A DNA stretch of 64,000 nt, from sequence record OQ718158.1, one strand, 5' to 3'. Of this stretch, positions 63,849-64,000 are shown one piece after another. Below the pieces are notes generated by a model, which saw nothing but the letters and a program-made list of their open reading frames with translations, did not search any database and was not told where the DNA came from. A program made the translations under genes and the position numbers. Positions within the stretch are counted from its first letter, which is position 1; each line of letters starts with the position of its first letter.

Positions 63849-64000
63849 TGCGTAAAAGGATTTAGTACTGAATCATAAAAAAGTCAAGGTATTTTTAAAC
63901 TTCAGCGTTAAAAAAATGCATAGGTAATCCCTTGACTTTTATGAATAAAAAGGGATTGGACTATGGCAAAATGCGTAGGGGGCTAAAGGGCGGGTAACCT

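Noticed and set aside
1-64000. AGTACT as SlmA sites (GTGAGTACTCAC), LexA boxes (CTGT-N8-ACAG) or TrpR operators
   Set aside because: The flanking bases those consensuses require are not conserved; only the 6-bp core is constant.
1-64000. tRNA or rRNA genes, integrase or IS elements
   Set aside because: No cloverleaf with T-loop and D-loop consensus, rRNA-like tract, or transposase/integrase motif was recognised by eye; tRNAscan-SE was not run.
63850-64000. Window end as the physical genome terminus
   Set aside because: The sequence turns non-coding and has one GGCTAAA word, but this is not enough evidence; the window boundary may be arbitrary.

Overview
The window is part of an AT-rich lytic jumbo phage genome of enterobacteria. 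Its style matches the RaK2/121Q/PBECO4/GAP32/CBB-like group, an inference from gene families and layout rather than a database match. It contains no core replication or capsid genes, tRNAs or CRISPR arrays. There are five zones. (1) 1-18.6 kb: + strand accessory genes (denV, two homing-type endonucleases, an AAA+ ATPase, a minimal kinase, Imm-like proteins, 10 paralogous 3-TM membrane proteins, two related late-promoter proteins), punctuated by repeated terminator/sigma70-promoter fusion cassettes. (2) 18.6-37.1 kb: 15 minus-strand beta-propeller genes (14 RCC1/BLIP-II-like, 1 Kelch), all starting with the peptide MLPFxxxxxYGN and mostly in near-identical terminator/promoter/RBS cassettes. (3) 37.2-42.2 kb: one operon with 22 tandem paralogous ~60-aa mini-genes. 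(4) 42.2-44.2 kb: non-coding, repeat-rich, a possible genome terminus or origin. (5) 44.2-64 kb: a host-takeover-like region with >40 sigma70 promoters driving tiny genes (H-NS-like, TraR/YbiI-like, GNAT, kinase). The least explained signals are three copies of a covarying H-type pseudoknot RNA, 11 promoter-linked CCCANNGGGTGC non-coding elements, and strong enrichment of the palindrome AGTACT. All functional calls are motif-based; no searches were run.
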